Below, one piece after another: positions 22,824 to 35,113 of a DNA stretch of 64,000 bases. This stretch comes from Malacoraja senta. Taxonomy: Eukaryota. The stretch lies in NCBI GenBank assembly GCA_038087875.1, contig CM075992.1, positions 8,434,001 to 8,498,000 on the forward strand, in the 5' to 3' direction. The notes below the pieces were generated by a model. It worked only from the letters and a program-made list of their open reading frames with translations, made no database searches and was not told the origin of the DNA. Positions within the stretch are counted from its first letter, which is position 1. Every line of letters starts with the position of its first letter. The position numbers and the translations under genes are program-made.

Positions 22824-25800
22824 CCCTCATACACAGATTATGGTTGGCACGGTGGGGCAGCGGTAGAGTTGCTGCCTTACAGCGCTTGCAGTGCCGGAGA
22901 CCCGGGTTCCATCCCGACTACGGGTGCTGTCTGTACGCAGTTTGTACGTTCTCCCCGTGACCTGCGTGGGTTTTCTCCCAGATCGTCGGTTTCCTCCCGC
23001 ACTCCAAAGACGTGCAGGTTTGTAGGTTAATTGGTTGGTATCAGCAGGATAGTGTTAGTGTGCGGGGATCGCTGGTCGGCACGGAGTTGGTGGGCCGAAG
23101 GGCCCGTTTCCACGCTGTATCTCTAAACTCAACTAAACTAGATGTGCGTGTGTGTGTGTATATAAATATATATGTGTGTATATATATATATATGTACACA
23201 TACACACACACATACGTATGTACACATAGAAAACAAACTGGCAGTAATAGCAATAATAACTGGCTCCCATCTGAAAGTGCAATCCCACAGCCCTGATGCA
23301 GAAACAAACACCTGCAGATGCTGGTTTCCACAAAAGGACACAAAGTACTGTAGTAACCCATAGACAATAGACAATAGGTGCAGGAGTAGGCCATTCGGCC
23401 CTTCGAGCCAGCACCGCCATTCAATGTGATCATGGCTGATCATCCCCAATCAGTACCCCGTTCCTGCCTTCTCCCCATATCCCCTGACTCCGCTATCTTT
23501 AAGAGCCCTATCTAGCTCTCTCTTGAAAATATCCAGAGAACCGGCCTCCACCGCCCTCTGAGGCAGAGAATTCCACAGACTCACCACTCTCTGTGAGAAA
23601 AAGTGTTTCCTCGTCTCCATTCTAAATGGCTTACGCCTTATTCTTAAACTGTGGCCCCTGGTTCTGGACTCCCCCAACATTGGGAACATGTTTCCTGCCT
23701 CTAGCCTGTCCAAACCCTCAATCAAACTCAGCGGGTCAGGCAGCTTCTCTGGAGAACATGGACAGGTGACGTTTCGGGTCGGGACCCTCTTGCCGACCCT
23801 CAATCACCCGTTCGCACTAGTTCTATATCATCCCACCTTCTCATCCACTCCCTCCCTGCACACTAGAGGCAATTTACAAAAGGCCTTTTCCCAGGGTGGA
23901 AATGTCCAACACTAGAGGGCGTAGTTGTAAGGTGAGAGGGGGAAAGTTTAACGGAGCTGTGCGGGGCAAATTTATTTACACAGAGGGTAGTGGGTGCCTG
24001 GAACGAGCTGCCACGGGTGGCGGTGGAGGCAGATACGATAGTGGCATTTCAGAGGCTTTTCGATGGGCAGGAAGGAACTGCAGATGCTGGTTTAAATCGA
24101 AGATAGACACAAAATGCTGGAGTAACTCAGGCAGCATCTCTGGAGAGAAGGAATGGGTGACGCTTCGGCTCTCCTTCAGTGGACGAATGTTGGCACGGAC
24201 ATTGTGGGCCGAAAGGCCTGTTCCTGTGCTGTACTGTACTACGCTCTGTGTTCTGACTCCCTGTCCATATACCTACTTGTCTCTTTATTTCTTCAAAAGT
24301 CTCTTGGCATCATTCCACAGTGACTTTTGTACTTCACCCAGTAGAGTCATAGAGTGATACAGCGTGGAAACAGGCCCTTCGGCCCAACTCGCCCACACCG
24401 GCCAACAATGTCCCAGCTACACTAGTCCCACCTGCCTGCGCTTGGTCCAAAACCCTCCAAACCTGTCCTATCCATGTACCTGTCCAACTGTTTCTTAAAC
24501 GTTGCCTCAACTACCTCCTCTGGCAGCTTGTTCCATACACCCACCACCCTCTGTGTGAAAAAGTTACCCCTCAGATTCCTATTAAATCGTTTCCCCTTCA
24601 CCTTGAACCTATGTCCTCTGGTCCTCGATTCCCTACTCTGGGTAAAAGACTCTGTGCATCTACCCGATCTATTCCTCTCATGATTTTATACACCTCTATA
24701 AGATCACCCCTTCGTACCTCACCCAGTACTTCTGTAATTATCAGCTGCCTGCTTGAAGTGGAATGTTTTTATCTCATGGTTCAGCGTTCGAGGTCAGTCC
24801 CGAGAGTTGTGTGGAAACAACTTGACTCACGAACGTTGCTGCCCCCTGGACTAGTTTAGACAATAGGCAATAGGTACAGGAGTAGGCCATTTGGCCCTTC
24901 GAGCCAGCACCGCCATTCAATGTGATCATGTCTGATCATCCCCAATCAATAACCCGTTCCTGCCTTCTCCCCATATCCCCTGACTCCGCTATCTTTAAGA
25001 GCCCTATCTATCTCTCTCTTGAAAGTATCCAGAGAACCTGCCTCCACCGCCCTCTGAGGCAGAGAATTCCACAGACTCACCACTCTCTGTGAGAAAAAGT
25101 GTTTCCTCGTCTCTGTTCGAAATGGCTTACTCCTTATTCTTAAACTGTGGCCCCTGGTTCTGGACTCCCCCAACATCGGGAACATGTTTCCTGCCTCTAT
25201 CGTGTCCAAACCTTTAATAATCTTATATGTTTCAATAAGATTCCCTCTCATCCTTCTAAACTCCAGTGTATACAAGCCCAACTGCTCCATTCTCTCAGCA
25301 TATGACAGTCCCGCCATCCCGGGAATTAACCGTGTAAACCTACGCTGCACTCCCTCAATAGCAAGAATGTTTAGTTCAGAGATACAGCATGGAGGTCCTC
25401 GCTATACTGCCTGGTGTATTGGTGGTGACAGAGACTTGCCTTTTGAAACAACGAGTGGAGCTGAAAGCCATGATCGTGTTAGAACATAGAACATACAACA
25501 GTACAGCACAGGAACAGGCCCTTCGGCCCACAATGTCTGTGCTGAACATGATGCCAAGGTCAACTTTAATTCTCACGCTGGGCGCTGGAGGAATGCAGCA
25601 GGTCCGACAGTATCTCTGGAGGACATGGATAGGCAGACGTGATGCCAAGTTGAACTAATCTCCTCTGCCTGCACGTGATCCATTTCCCTCCATGCCCCGC
25701 ATATCCGTTCCTATGTAAAAGCATAGCCTGCTTTATAGATGCTTGTGTGTACGGAGTTTGTACGTTCTCCCTGTGACCTCCGTGGGTTTTCTCCTGGTGC

Positions 25801-26576
25801 ACCAGCTTCCTCCCACGCTCCAAAGACATACAGGTTTGTAGGTTAATTGGCTTTGGCAAAGATTGTAACTTGGCCCTGGCGTGTGGTTAGCGCTAGTGTA
25901 CGGCGCAGACTCGGTAGGTCAAAGGGCCCGTTTCTGCGCTGTATCTCTCAAGCCCACCATGCCTGTGCCAAACATGATACCAAGCCCATGTCTTACCTAC
26001 GTGCGCACAATCCACATCCCCCCATTCCCTTCTTGTTCCTATGCCTATCCAAAATCCTTTTAAATGCCACTATTCAATCTGCTCCAAAGATGTGCAGGTT
26101 TGAAGGTTATTTAGCTTTGGTAAAGATTGTAAATTGTCCCTAGTATGTAGGATAGTGGTAGTGTATGGGGATTACTAGTCGGCACGGACTTGGTGGGCCG
26201 AAGGGTTTGTTTCCACGCTCTCTCTCTAAACTAAAATGAGGGGCATGTTTGCAGAGGCCAATTGCTCCCAAACTCCATGTTTGTAGGCTAATGTGCTTCT
26301 GTAAAACTGTAAATTGTCCCTAGGGTGTCGGGAGATGATGAGAAAGTGGACAGGTGATCGCTGGTCGGCGCGGACTCGATGGGCTGAAGGGCCTGTTTCC
26401 ATGCTGTATCTCTGAACTAAACAAGCCTCCACGGGTGTGTAAACAGCTCCAGAGAATCTCAGCTCTCTTCCTCCGACCTCTCACAGCCACACCATCTCCC
26501 TAAAATGTCCAGCTACACCTCAATCTAAACTAAACTAAACTAAACCAGACTAGACTAGACTAGACTATATAGACAG

Positions 26577-27105
26577 TTGGGTTGCCAACTCTCTCACTCC
26601 CAAATAAGGGACAAAAGGTCAAAATACGGGACAAATTCCCAACGGCAATTCGTTGCCCGACTCGGCCATGGCTGGGTGAATGATGAGTTGGCCCCGGGTG
26701 CTGGACTGCACACAAAGCCCAGCCGGCGGGCCAGCTGAGGAGTTTTCACCCGGGCCGCACAACGTCGCGCGCAAAGTCCAGCACCCCATCCAACTCATGA
26801 ACCGATGATCGGCCATGAGAAGGAGGGGTGGTGGTGACGGCGGTAAGCGGAGGTCCGAAGGTCGGACAGCTGGCCGGGCTGCCGACTGACGGGGCCACGG
26901 GCGAGGCGCTGCTGCTGCTGCACTCCATGGGCTGCACTACGTCGGGACGGGTGAGGCGGGGCCGGACGTGGCGCTCCGACCCGACAGTCCCCTCGACCCG
27001 AGTAGTAGCAGTCAAATACGGGACAAGGGCGGTCCCGTACGGGACAAACCAATTTAGCCCAATATACGGGATGTCCCGGCTAATACGGGACAGTTGGCAA
27101 TTCTA
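26577..27105 (-). mobile_element. hAT-type MITE, copy 2
   Basis: Same family, reversed; perfect 8-bp TSD ATAGACAG. Confidence 0.88.
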
Positions 27106-27172
27106 ATAGACAGGCAGACTGTCCACACTGTCTACATGTCTCTACCTCCTATCTCTTTTACTCTTGTTTCAG

Positions 27173-27202
27173 AAGACCAGCAGCAGCCTTGCCTTGGAGT
27201 AG
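27173..27202 (+). CDS. Gene 1 probable terminal coding exon (KTSSSLALE*)
   Basis: Strong acceptor ctctttactcttgtttcag-like tract, phase 0, TAG at 27200-27202, then non-repeat UTR-like sequence. Intervening exons cannot be excluded. Confidence 0.55.
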   Translation, partial: KTSSSLALE

Positions 27203-28120
27203 TGTGCATCTTCTGACAGCGCTGGAGGGGATGGACTTGAAGCACTTTATTACGATGAGTTTACCTGGTGGACCTCTAATGTGAATCCTACCGCGGATAC
27301 CACACCGCGCGCGAGGAACTGTGGCCGGAAACCTTCAGGGATTTTGTTTCTTCCACCATTCCTGGTGGGCCAGGAAGGTTTAGTATAGTTTAGTTTCGAG
27401 ATAAAGTGCGGAAACAGGCCCTTCGGCCCACCGAGTCCGTACCGACCAACGACCCCTGTACACTAGCACTATCCCACACACACTAGGGACAATTTACAAT
27501 TATACCAAGCCAATTAACCTACAAACCTGCACGTCTTTGGAGTGTGGGAGGAAACTGGAGCACCAGGAGAAAACCCACAGCAGGTCACAGGGAGAAGATA
27601 CAGACAGCACCCGTGGTCAGGATTGAACCCTGGTCTCTGCCGCTGTGGATTGAACCCTGGTCTCTGCCGCTAGGATTTCCGCTTTCCTCCCACACTCCAA
27701 AGACGTGGGGGTTTGTACATATTCAATATTCGCTTCATTGAAACTGTAAATTGTCCCTATTGTGTCTAGGACAGTGTTAGTGTGCGGGGATCGCTGGTCG
27801 GCACGGACTCGGTGGGCCGAAGGGCCTGTTTCCGCGTGGGATGTTGTACAGTGATGGTTCAGCACCCAGCGAAGAGCTGATGGATTTACCGAGACGTTGC
27901 AACACCTAACTGCTTCCGCCCAGCGAGCTGTTGGAATGCTGTTTTGTGTTCTCCTCACCTGTCTCTGCTCATCTCAACCTTGCCTCCACATCTGGACCTG
28001 TGCAGAAAGAGGTGGAGCAGCCCGCCAGCTGTGGCCACACCAGCCAGTGGTCTTGTGGTATCGCCAATGTGAAGGGATCCGTAAACTGGAGCGAACTCTC
28101 GTGACCATCCAGCTGTGGCT

Positions 28121-28779
28121 CTGGCACAGGGCAGCGATCCCAGTGTAACACTGGCACAGGGCAGCGATCCCAGAGTAACACTGGCATAGGGCAGTGATCC
28201 CAGTGTAACACTGGCATAGGGCAGTGATCCCAGTGTAACACTGGCACAGGGCAGTGATCCCAGTGTAACACTGGCATAGGGCAGATCCCAGTGTAACACT
28301 GGCACAGGGCAGTGATCCCAGAGTAACACTGGCACAGGGCAGTGATCCCAGTGTAACACTGGCACAGGGCAGTGATCCCAGTGTAACTGGCAAAGGGCAG
28401 TGATCCCAGTGTAACACTGGCACAGGGCAGTGATCCCAGTGTAACACTGGCACAGGGCAGTGATCCCAGTGTAACTGGCAAAGGGCAGTGATCCCCAGTG
28501 TAACACTGGCACACGGCTATGGTCCCAGTGTAACACTGGCACAGGTCAATGGTCCCAGTGTTACACTGGCACAGCTGGGCAGCGATCCCAGTGTAACACT
28601 GGCACAGGGCTATGGTCCCAGTGTAACACTGGAACAGCTGGGCAGTGATCCCAGTGTAACACTGGCACAGGGCCTTGATTCCAGTGTAACACTGGCAGAG
28701 CTGGGCAATGATCACAGTGTAACACTGGCACAGGGCCTTGATTCCAGTGTAACACTGGCACGGCAGTGATCCCAGTGTA
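28121..28779. repeat. 30-bp minisatellite CTGGCACAGGGCAGTGATCCCAGTGTAACA (~21-22 units)
   Basis: Direct inspection; the left units are homogeneous, the right units include 33-bp variants. Confidence 0.97.
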
Positions 28780-28828
28780 GAACTGACTATTGTAAATGTA
28801 CTGTTCAAAAAGTAGACATATGTTTGTA

Positions 28829-28834
28829 AATAAA
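28829..28834 (+). terminator. Candidate polyadenylation signal of gene 1 (AATAAA)
   Basis: First AATAAA I saw after the putative last exon, in AT-rich non-repeat sequence. Confidence 0.45.
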
Positions 28835-29898
28835 GGGATTAATCGTGCAATTAATCACATTTGTTTAAACTATTCGTGATTTTAAAATGGACCTGTTTCC
28901 ATGCTGTATCCTTAAAGCTAAAGCTGAGTTTAACTGGCCGGTGACCCAGGCCCCTATGGGCAGGAAGGAACTGCAGTTGCTGGTTTGAACCGAAGATGGA
29001 CACAAAATGCTGGAGTAACTCAGCGGGACAGGCAGTATCTCTGGAGAGAAGGAATGGGTGATGTTTCGGATCGAGACCATTCGAATCTCGACTCGAAACG
29101 TCACCCATTCCTTCTCTCCGGTGGTGCTGCCTGTCCCACTGGCAGGACTCCAGCATTTTGTGTCTACTTTGATCCCCTTATTGTCTTTCGGGACAGTGAG
29201 TCTCCCACTCTGGGACATCAATGGGCGGCACGGTGGTGCAGCGGGTAGAGCTGCTGCCTCACAGCACCAGAGACCCGGCTTCGATCCTGACCACGGGCAG
29301 GACATAGGTTTCAGGTGAGAGGGGCAAGAGTTAAAAGGAACCCAAGGGGCAACTTTTTCACACAGAGAGTGGTGGCTGTATGGAACGAGCTGCCGGAGAA
29401 GGTAGTTGAGGCTGGGACTGTAACATTGATGACATTGGGACAGGTGTATGGATGGAAAAGGTTCAGAGGGGATCAAAAGTTAATGTGATAGGAGCAGAAT
29501 TAGGCCATTCGGCCCATCAAGTCTATGCCATTCAATTATGGCCGATCTATCTCTCCCTCCTAACCCCATTCTCCTGCCTTCTCCCCATAACCCCTGACAC
29601 CCGCACTAATCAAGAATCTAACTATCTCTGCCTATAAAATACCCATTGACTTGGCCTCCACAGCCTTCTGTGGCAATGAATTCCACAGATTCACCACCCT
29701 CTTGACTAAAAAAAATCCTCCTCATCTCTTTCCTGAAAGACCATCCTTTTATTCTATGACCTCTGGACCTTGGTTCTCCCACTGGTGGAAACATCCTCTC
29801 CACATCCACTCTATCCAAGGATATGGGCCAAACGTGGGCAGGTGGTAGCAGTGTAGATGGGGTATCTAGGTCGGCATGCGCATGTAGGGCCGAAAGGC

Positions 29899-30229
29899 CA
29901 GAGTGAGCACCACCGGAAATTGGAGGAGCAGCACCTCATATTCCGCTTGGGCAGTCTGCACCCTAGCGGCATAAACATTGAATTCTCCAATTTCCGGTAG
30001 CCCTTGCTGTCTCCTCCCCTTCTCAGCTCTCCCTCAGCCCTCTGGCTCCTCCTCTTCCTTTCTCCTTTCTTCTCCCCCCCCCGCCCCCACCCTAGATCAG
30101 TCTGAAGAAGGGTTTCGGCCCGAAACGTTGCCTATTTCCTTCGCTCCATAGAGCTGCCGCACCCGCTGAGTTTCTCCAGCATTTTTGTCTACCTTCGATT
30201 TTCCAGCATCTGCTGTTCCTTCTTAAACA
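29899..30229 (+). mobile_element. Penelope-like element 3' end: GIY-YIG C-terminus, pyrimidine-rich UTR and hammerhead motif
   Basis: SEHHRKLEEQHLIFRLGSLHPSGINIEFSNFR* (stop 29998-30000) fits the PLE endonuclease end (R..E...I..L..L.P.G.N); followed by CTGAAGA...GAAACGTT. Confidence 0.85.
30102..30130 (+). ncRNA. Minimal type I hammerhead ribozyme motif (PLE-associated)
   Basis: CTGAAGA, stem II GGGT-TTCG-GCCC, GAAA, self-complementary ACGT in place of stem III. Confidence 0.7.
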
Positions 30230-33200
30230 GTTTCTGTGCTAGTTGGCTCTAAGTGCTTCACTGCCTCCATTTATGGCTTCAGACATGAGGGCGTGGAAGG
30301 CACCTCCATTGTTTAACCGCTGGCGTCTTGAGTATGCGAGGTGCTGTGGCTCTTGCTTCCCTCCGCAGTCTGTGGTGTTGCCACCGCTGGGTCGCCCACC
30401 GCCAAGGTTGCCCGGGTCATGCCCGACCAGAAACTCAACTGGTGCAGCCACTGCAATACCAAGGTAGAGGCTGAGGATGACTGTGGTGGGTGACTCACCA
30501 CCTGACAAGACACGGGCTCTACACCATCCAACCATCACGTGACAATGAGAAGCTAAACTAAACTAAACTCAATACTATAGGTACAACCGGGGTCTCTGGT
30601 ACTGTGAGGCCGTGGGGCTACCGAATGTGCCACTGTGCCACCAGAGAGATGAGTGATGAGATCCCATGGTGGAAATCCAGAATGAGGAGATGATGGAGAA
30701 CGAGCTCCACTGATTAGTTTAGGTTTACTTTAGCGATACCGCGCGGAAACAGGCCCTTCGGCCCATCTAGTCCGCGCCGACCAACGATCCCCGCACACTA
30801 ACACTACCCTACGCACACGAGTGACAATTTACATTTATACCCAAGCCAATTATACTCGCAATTATACTGGGCTTGTACACTCTGGAGTTTAGAAGGATGA
30901 GAGGGCATCTTATTGAAACATATAAGATTATTAAGGGTTTGGACAACCTAGAGGCAGGAAACATGTTCCCGATGTTGGGGGAGTCCAGAACCAGGGGCCC
31001 CAGTTTAAGAATAAGGGGTAAGCGTTTAGAACGGAGACGAGGAAACACTTTTTCACACAGAGAGTTGTGAGTCTGTGGAATTCTCTGTCTCAGAGGGCGG
31101 GGGGAGGCAGGTTCTCTGGATACTTTCAGAGAGAGCTAGATAGGGCTCTTAAAGATAGCAGAGTCGGGTGATATGGGGAGAAGGCAGGAACGGGGTACTG
31201 ATTGGGGATGATCATGTATATGATCACATTGAATGCGATGCTGGCTCAAAGGGCCGAATGGCCTATTGTCTATAATTAACCTACAAACCTGTACGTCTTT
31301 GGAGTGTGGGAGGAAACCGAAGATCTGGGAGAAAACCCACGCAGGTCACGGGAGAGAAGTGCAAACTCCGTACAGACAGCAAGCGTGGTCGGGATGGAAC
31401 CCGGGTCTCTGGCACCGTGAGGCAGCAACTCTACCGCTGTGCCACCCTTCTCAGCACTACCGACGGACGCCACTAAATGCTGTCCTTGCTCCTGATGTCC
31501 ACATCTCCACAGTGAATCAGCAGAGAGTGTGTACTTCAAGATTCTAGAGCGGGCCATTGCCATATGTAGCAACAATGGAACAAGGGCATTCTTACTTGCA
31601 GCGGCACATCAGGCCTGTAAACCCACAACTCATACATAGTCTCTGGGTACTTTTAAAGCAGAGATTTTTGATTAATGAGGGTGTCAGGGTTATGGGGAGA
31701 AGGCAGGAGAATGGGGTTGAGAGGGAGAGATAGATCAGCCACGATTGAATGGTGACTGTCCACCATCTAACCACGCAGTCACGGGGAGAACGTACAAACT
31801 CCGTACAGACAGCACGTAGTCAGGATGGAACCCGGGTGCTGTGAGGCAGCAACTCTACCGCTGCGCCACCGTGCTGCAGTGTCGTGTTCAAGAGCCTGAT
31901 GGCTGCAGGGAAGAAGCTGGTCCTGAAGTCGGAAATTAAAGTTTTCTGGCTCCTGTATCTTCCTCCTGATGGCAGGAGTGAGATGAGAGCGTGGCCAGGG
32001 TGGTGTGGGTCTCTGATGATGCTGGCTGCCTTTTTCAGGCAGCGACTCATGTAGGTCCATTCGATGGGTGGGGAGGTCAGTACTGGGCTGGACTGGGCAG
32101 TGTTCACCACTTCCTTTCAGTCTGAAGAAGGGTCACCTATTTCCTTCCGCTCCATAGATGCTGCCTCACCCCCTGAGTTCCTCCAGCATTTTTGTCTAAC
32201 TTTGATTTTTCCAGCATCTGCAGTTCTTTTTTAACCACTCCTTTCATCTCTTTCGTTCCTTGATTTAGTATGAGTTGTTGAAGTATAACAACAGATGACA
32301 AAATGCACCTGCTCCATTTCATTTTTGGGAACAAGGGCTACAGTAAACCACAGCACAAAATTAATTGCCCAAGCGATTAGAAACATAGAAACATAGAAAA
32401 TAGGTGCAGGAGGAGGCCATTGGCCCCTTCGAGGCCAGCACCGCCATTCATTGTGATCATGGCTGATCGTCCCCTATCAATAACCCATGCCTGCCTTCTC
32501 CCCATATCCCTTGACTCCACTAGCCCCTAGAGCTCTATCTAACTCTCTCTTAAATCCATCCAGTGATTGGCCCTCCACTGCCCACTGTGGCAGGGAATTC
32601 CATAAATCACAACTCTCTGGGTGAAAAAGTTTTTTCTCACCTCAGTCTTAAATGGCCTCCCCTTTATTCTAAGACTGTGGCCCCTGGTTCTAGACTCGCC
32701 CAACATTGGGAAAAATGTTCCTGCATCTAGCTTGTCCAGTCCTTTTATCATTTTATATGTTTCTATAAGAACCCCCTCATCCTTCTAAACTCCAGTGAAA
32801 TCCAACCTACAAGTGCAGGAGTAGGCCATTCGGCTCTTTGAGCCAGCACCGCCATTCAATATGATCATGGCTGATCATCCAGGCAGCATCTCTGGAGAGG
32901 AAAGGAATAGGTGATGTTTCGGGTCGAGACCTTCTTCGACAGAAGAAGGTCCAAACCTGAAACGTCTCCTATCCATGTTCTCCAGAGATGCTGTCTGACC
33001 CGCTGAGTTACTCCAGCTATCTCAGCGCAGGTGCTGCTTGCTGCCGTTAACAAGCCGCAGGTACGGCCGGCAACAGGTGTCTGGGCCCGTGGATGTTGTG
33101 CCTGGGAACCAGAGAGCGTGGGAGAGTGTGCGCCACTGAAACCCACCATCAAAACCACCTCCGTACCCCAGAGAGCCCAGGACGCTGCAACTCTGAACAA

Positions 33201-33372
33201 GAGAGGCAGCTGTGAGTGTAAAAGACACACTGACATCTGGTCTACACCATTGAGGCAGATTACTGTTCAGTTTAGTCGGAAGAAGGGTCCTTGACCCCGA
33301 AACGCGTCACCCATATCCTTCTCTCCAGCGATTGCTGCTCTGTCCCGCTGAGTTACTCCAGCATTTTGTGTC

Positions 33373-33572
33373 NNNNNNNNNNNNNNNNNNNNNNNNNNNN
33401 NNNNNNNNNNNNNNNNNNNNNNNNNNNNNNNNNNNNNNNNNNNNNNNNNNNNNNNNNNNNNNNNNNNNNNNNNNNNNNNNNNNNNNNNNNNNNNNNNNNN
33501 NNNNNNNNNNNNNNNNNNNNNNNNNNNNNNNNNNNNNNNNNNNNNNNNNNNNNNNNNNNNNNNNNNNNNNNN
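33373..33572. other. Assembly gap (200 N)
   Basis: Run of 200 Ns; a round number, so the true size is probably unknown. Confidence 1.
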
Positions 33573-33723
33573 CTGAGAATACTGTTCTTCCTGTTGCCAA
33601 TCACCATGGTGATTACCCTGGAGCTCAGCGTCGCCCCCTGATGGCCAGGCCCGGCTCTGCTGCTGTTGTGCAGAAATGTGTCCAGCTCCTTGTGTACAAT
33701 TAGAGCAGCAGCGGCTGTCTGAC
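33573..33723 (-). CDS. Gene 2 GAIN exon cut by the gap (GQTAAAALIVHKELDTFLHNSSRAGPGHQGATLSSRVITMVIGNRKNSIL...)
   Basis: Acceptor after a C/CT tract (ctgacag); phase 1; LSSRVIT matches the GAIN LNS.V.T strand; open up to the Ns. Confidence 0.82.
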
Positions 33724-34185
33724 CTGTCAGTGTGGGGGGGGGGGGGGAAGAGAGAGGGAGAGAGAGAGAGAGTCACCACATCATCTGATGCCAGCCCGCT
33801 CGGCTCATCCCTCCACAGGTAGGCCTCACTACCAGGGGCAGTGCCCATCACCCCCCTCCTGGCCCCACACTGCACCCTGCCAGTCAACTGATCTAAACAC
33901 ATCGTTGTGTGTTAGTCAGTTATTTAGTCAGTCAGTTAGTTAAGTCTCGACCCATAATGTCACCCATTCCTTCTCTCCAGTGATGCTGCCTGTCCCGCTG
34001 AGTTACTCCAGCATTTTGTGTCTATCTTCGGTTTAAACCAGTTCCTTCCTACACATAGTTAGTTGGTTAGTCAGCTAGTCAGTTATTGTCATGTATACTG
34101 AGGCACAGTGAAAAGCTTTTTTGTTACCCATGCCGTGGGTAGATTAGTTTCAGTGAGTTTAGTTTATTGTCATGTGTACTGAGGT

Positions 34186-34679
34186 TAGGGTTGCCAACAG
34201 TCCCGTATTAGCCGGGACATCCCGTATATTGGGCTAAATTGGTTTGTCCCATACGGGACTGCCCTTGTTCCATATTTGACTGCTACTATTCGGGTCGAGG
34301 GGACTGTCGGGCCAGAGCGCCGCTCCGGCCCCGCCTCACCCGTCCCGACGTAGTGCAGCCCATGGAGTGCAGCAGCAGCGCCTCGCCAGTGGCCCCGTCG
34401 GTCGTGGCTCTTACCGCCGACACCACCACCCTTCCTTCTCATGGCCAATCGTTGGTTCATGAGTTCGATGGGGTGCCGGACTTTGCGCCCGACATTGCGC
34501 GGCCTGGGCCAAAACTCCTCAGCGTGCCCGCCGGCTGGGCTTTGAGTGCAGTCCAACACCCGAACCAACTCATCATTCACCCAGCCACGGCCGTGTCGGT
34601 CAATGAATTGCCATCGGGAATTTGACTCTTATTTTGACCGTTTGTCCCTTATTTGGGAGTGAGAAAGTTGGCAACCCTA
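34186..34679 (+). mobile_element. hAT-type MITE, copy 3
   Basis: TAGGGTTGCCAAC...GTTGGCAACCCTA; TSD ACTGAGGT/ACCGAGGT. Confidence 0.9.
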
Positions 34680-35008
34680 ACCGAGGTACAGTGAAAAGCT
34701 TTTTGCTACGTGCTATCGAGTCAGCGGAAAGGCAATACACGATTACATTCCTCTGGGGCACAAAGGCTGAAGGTGGGCGGGTGGGCGAGGAGAGGGACGA
34801 CAGTTCGCTGGATAATCCAGACGGGGGCAACGGCAGGAGGCCCCGCAGCTGCCTGGGGCTCGCCTGGATCGAGCCCCGCTTCAGGAGACCCGGCGCGCGG
34901 ACCGGACTGCACTTTGGAAACAGCGGCAAAACATGGCTGCTCTTGCATGCGGTCTCAGTGAACTATGGTGTAGGAAGGAAGATAATGCAGAACCATTGAA
35001 TCATTTAC

Positions 35009-35113
35009 CAGGTCGCATTCCCGACAGTATGGCTGCGTCCACCTCAACAGTGCAGCCCATCACCGACAATATCAGAGGCTCTGAAACAATAATCTGACGT
35101 TTGATCCCAATTT
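35009..35113 (-). CDS. Gene 2 GAIN exon (EIGIKRQIIVSEPLILSVMGCTVEVDAAILSGMRP)
   Basis: Acceptor cttccgtttttag, donor G|GTAAA; 105 nt, phase 1 to 1; parallels gene 1 exon 3233-3352. Confidence 0.78.

Larger units (their letters stand above)
1..27202 (+). other. Gene 1: ADGRE-family (EMR/CD97-like) adhesion GPCR, 5' part outside the window; 12 exons, two apparent 1-nt frameshifts
   Basis: A chain of AG/GT-bounded exons whose phases fit once two single-base losses are allowed. It encodes GAIN, the GPS (WSRQGC...CQCSRLTSFAVLM), seven TM helices with aGPCR motifs (IHAHLCLCL, LHYFFL..FAWMSLEG, GYGLP, CWLS, LLGCTW, NSFQG.FIF) and a short tail. The specific paralog cannot be determined by eye. Confidence 0.92.

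Noticed and set aside
22789..23227. (TG)n/(TA)n-derived Tyr/Ile/Thr-rich ORFs
   Set aside because: Dinucleotide microsatellites flanking a SINE.
27955..28808. Cys-rich repeat ORFs (ALCQCYTGIT)n, or a CRISPR-like array
   Set aside because: A head-to-tail 30-bp minisatellite with no unique spacers; open in several frames because the unit is a multiple of 3; eukaryotic context with no cas genes.
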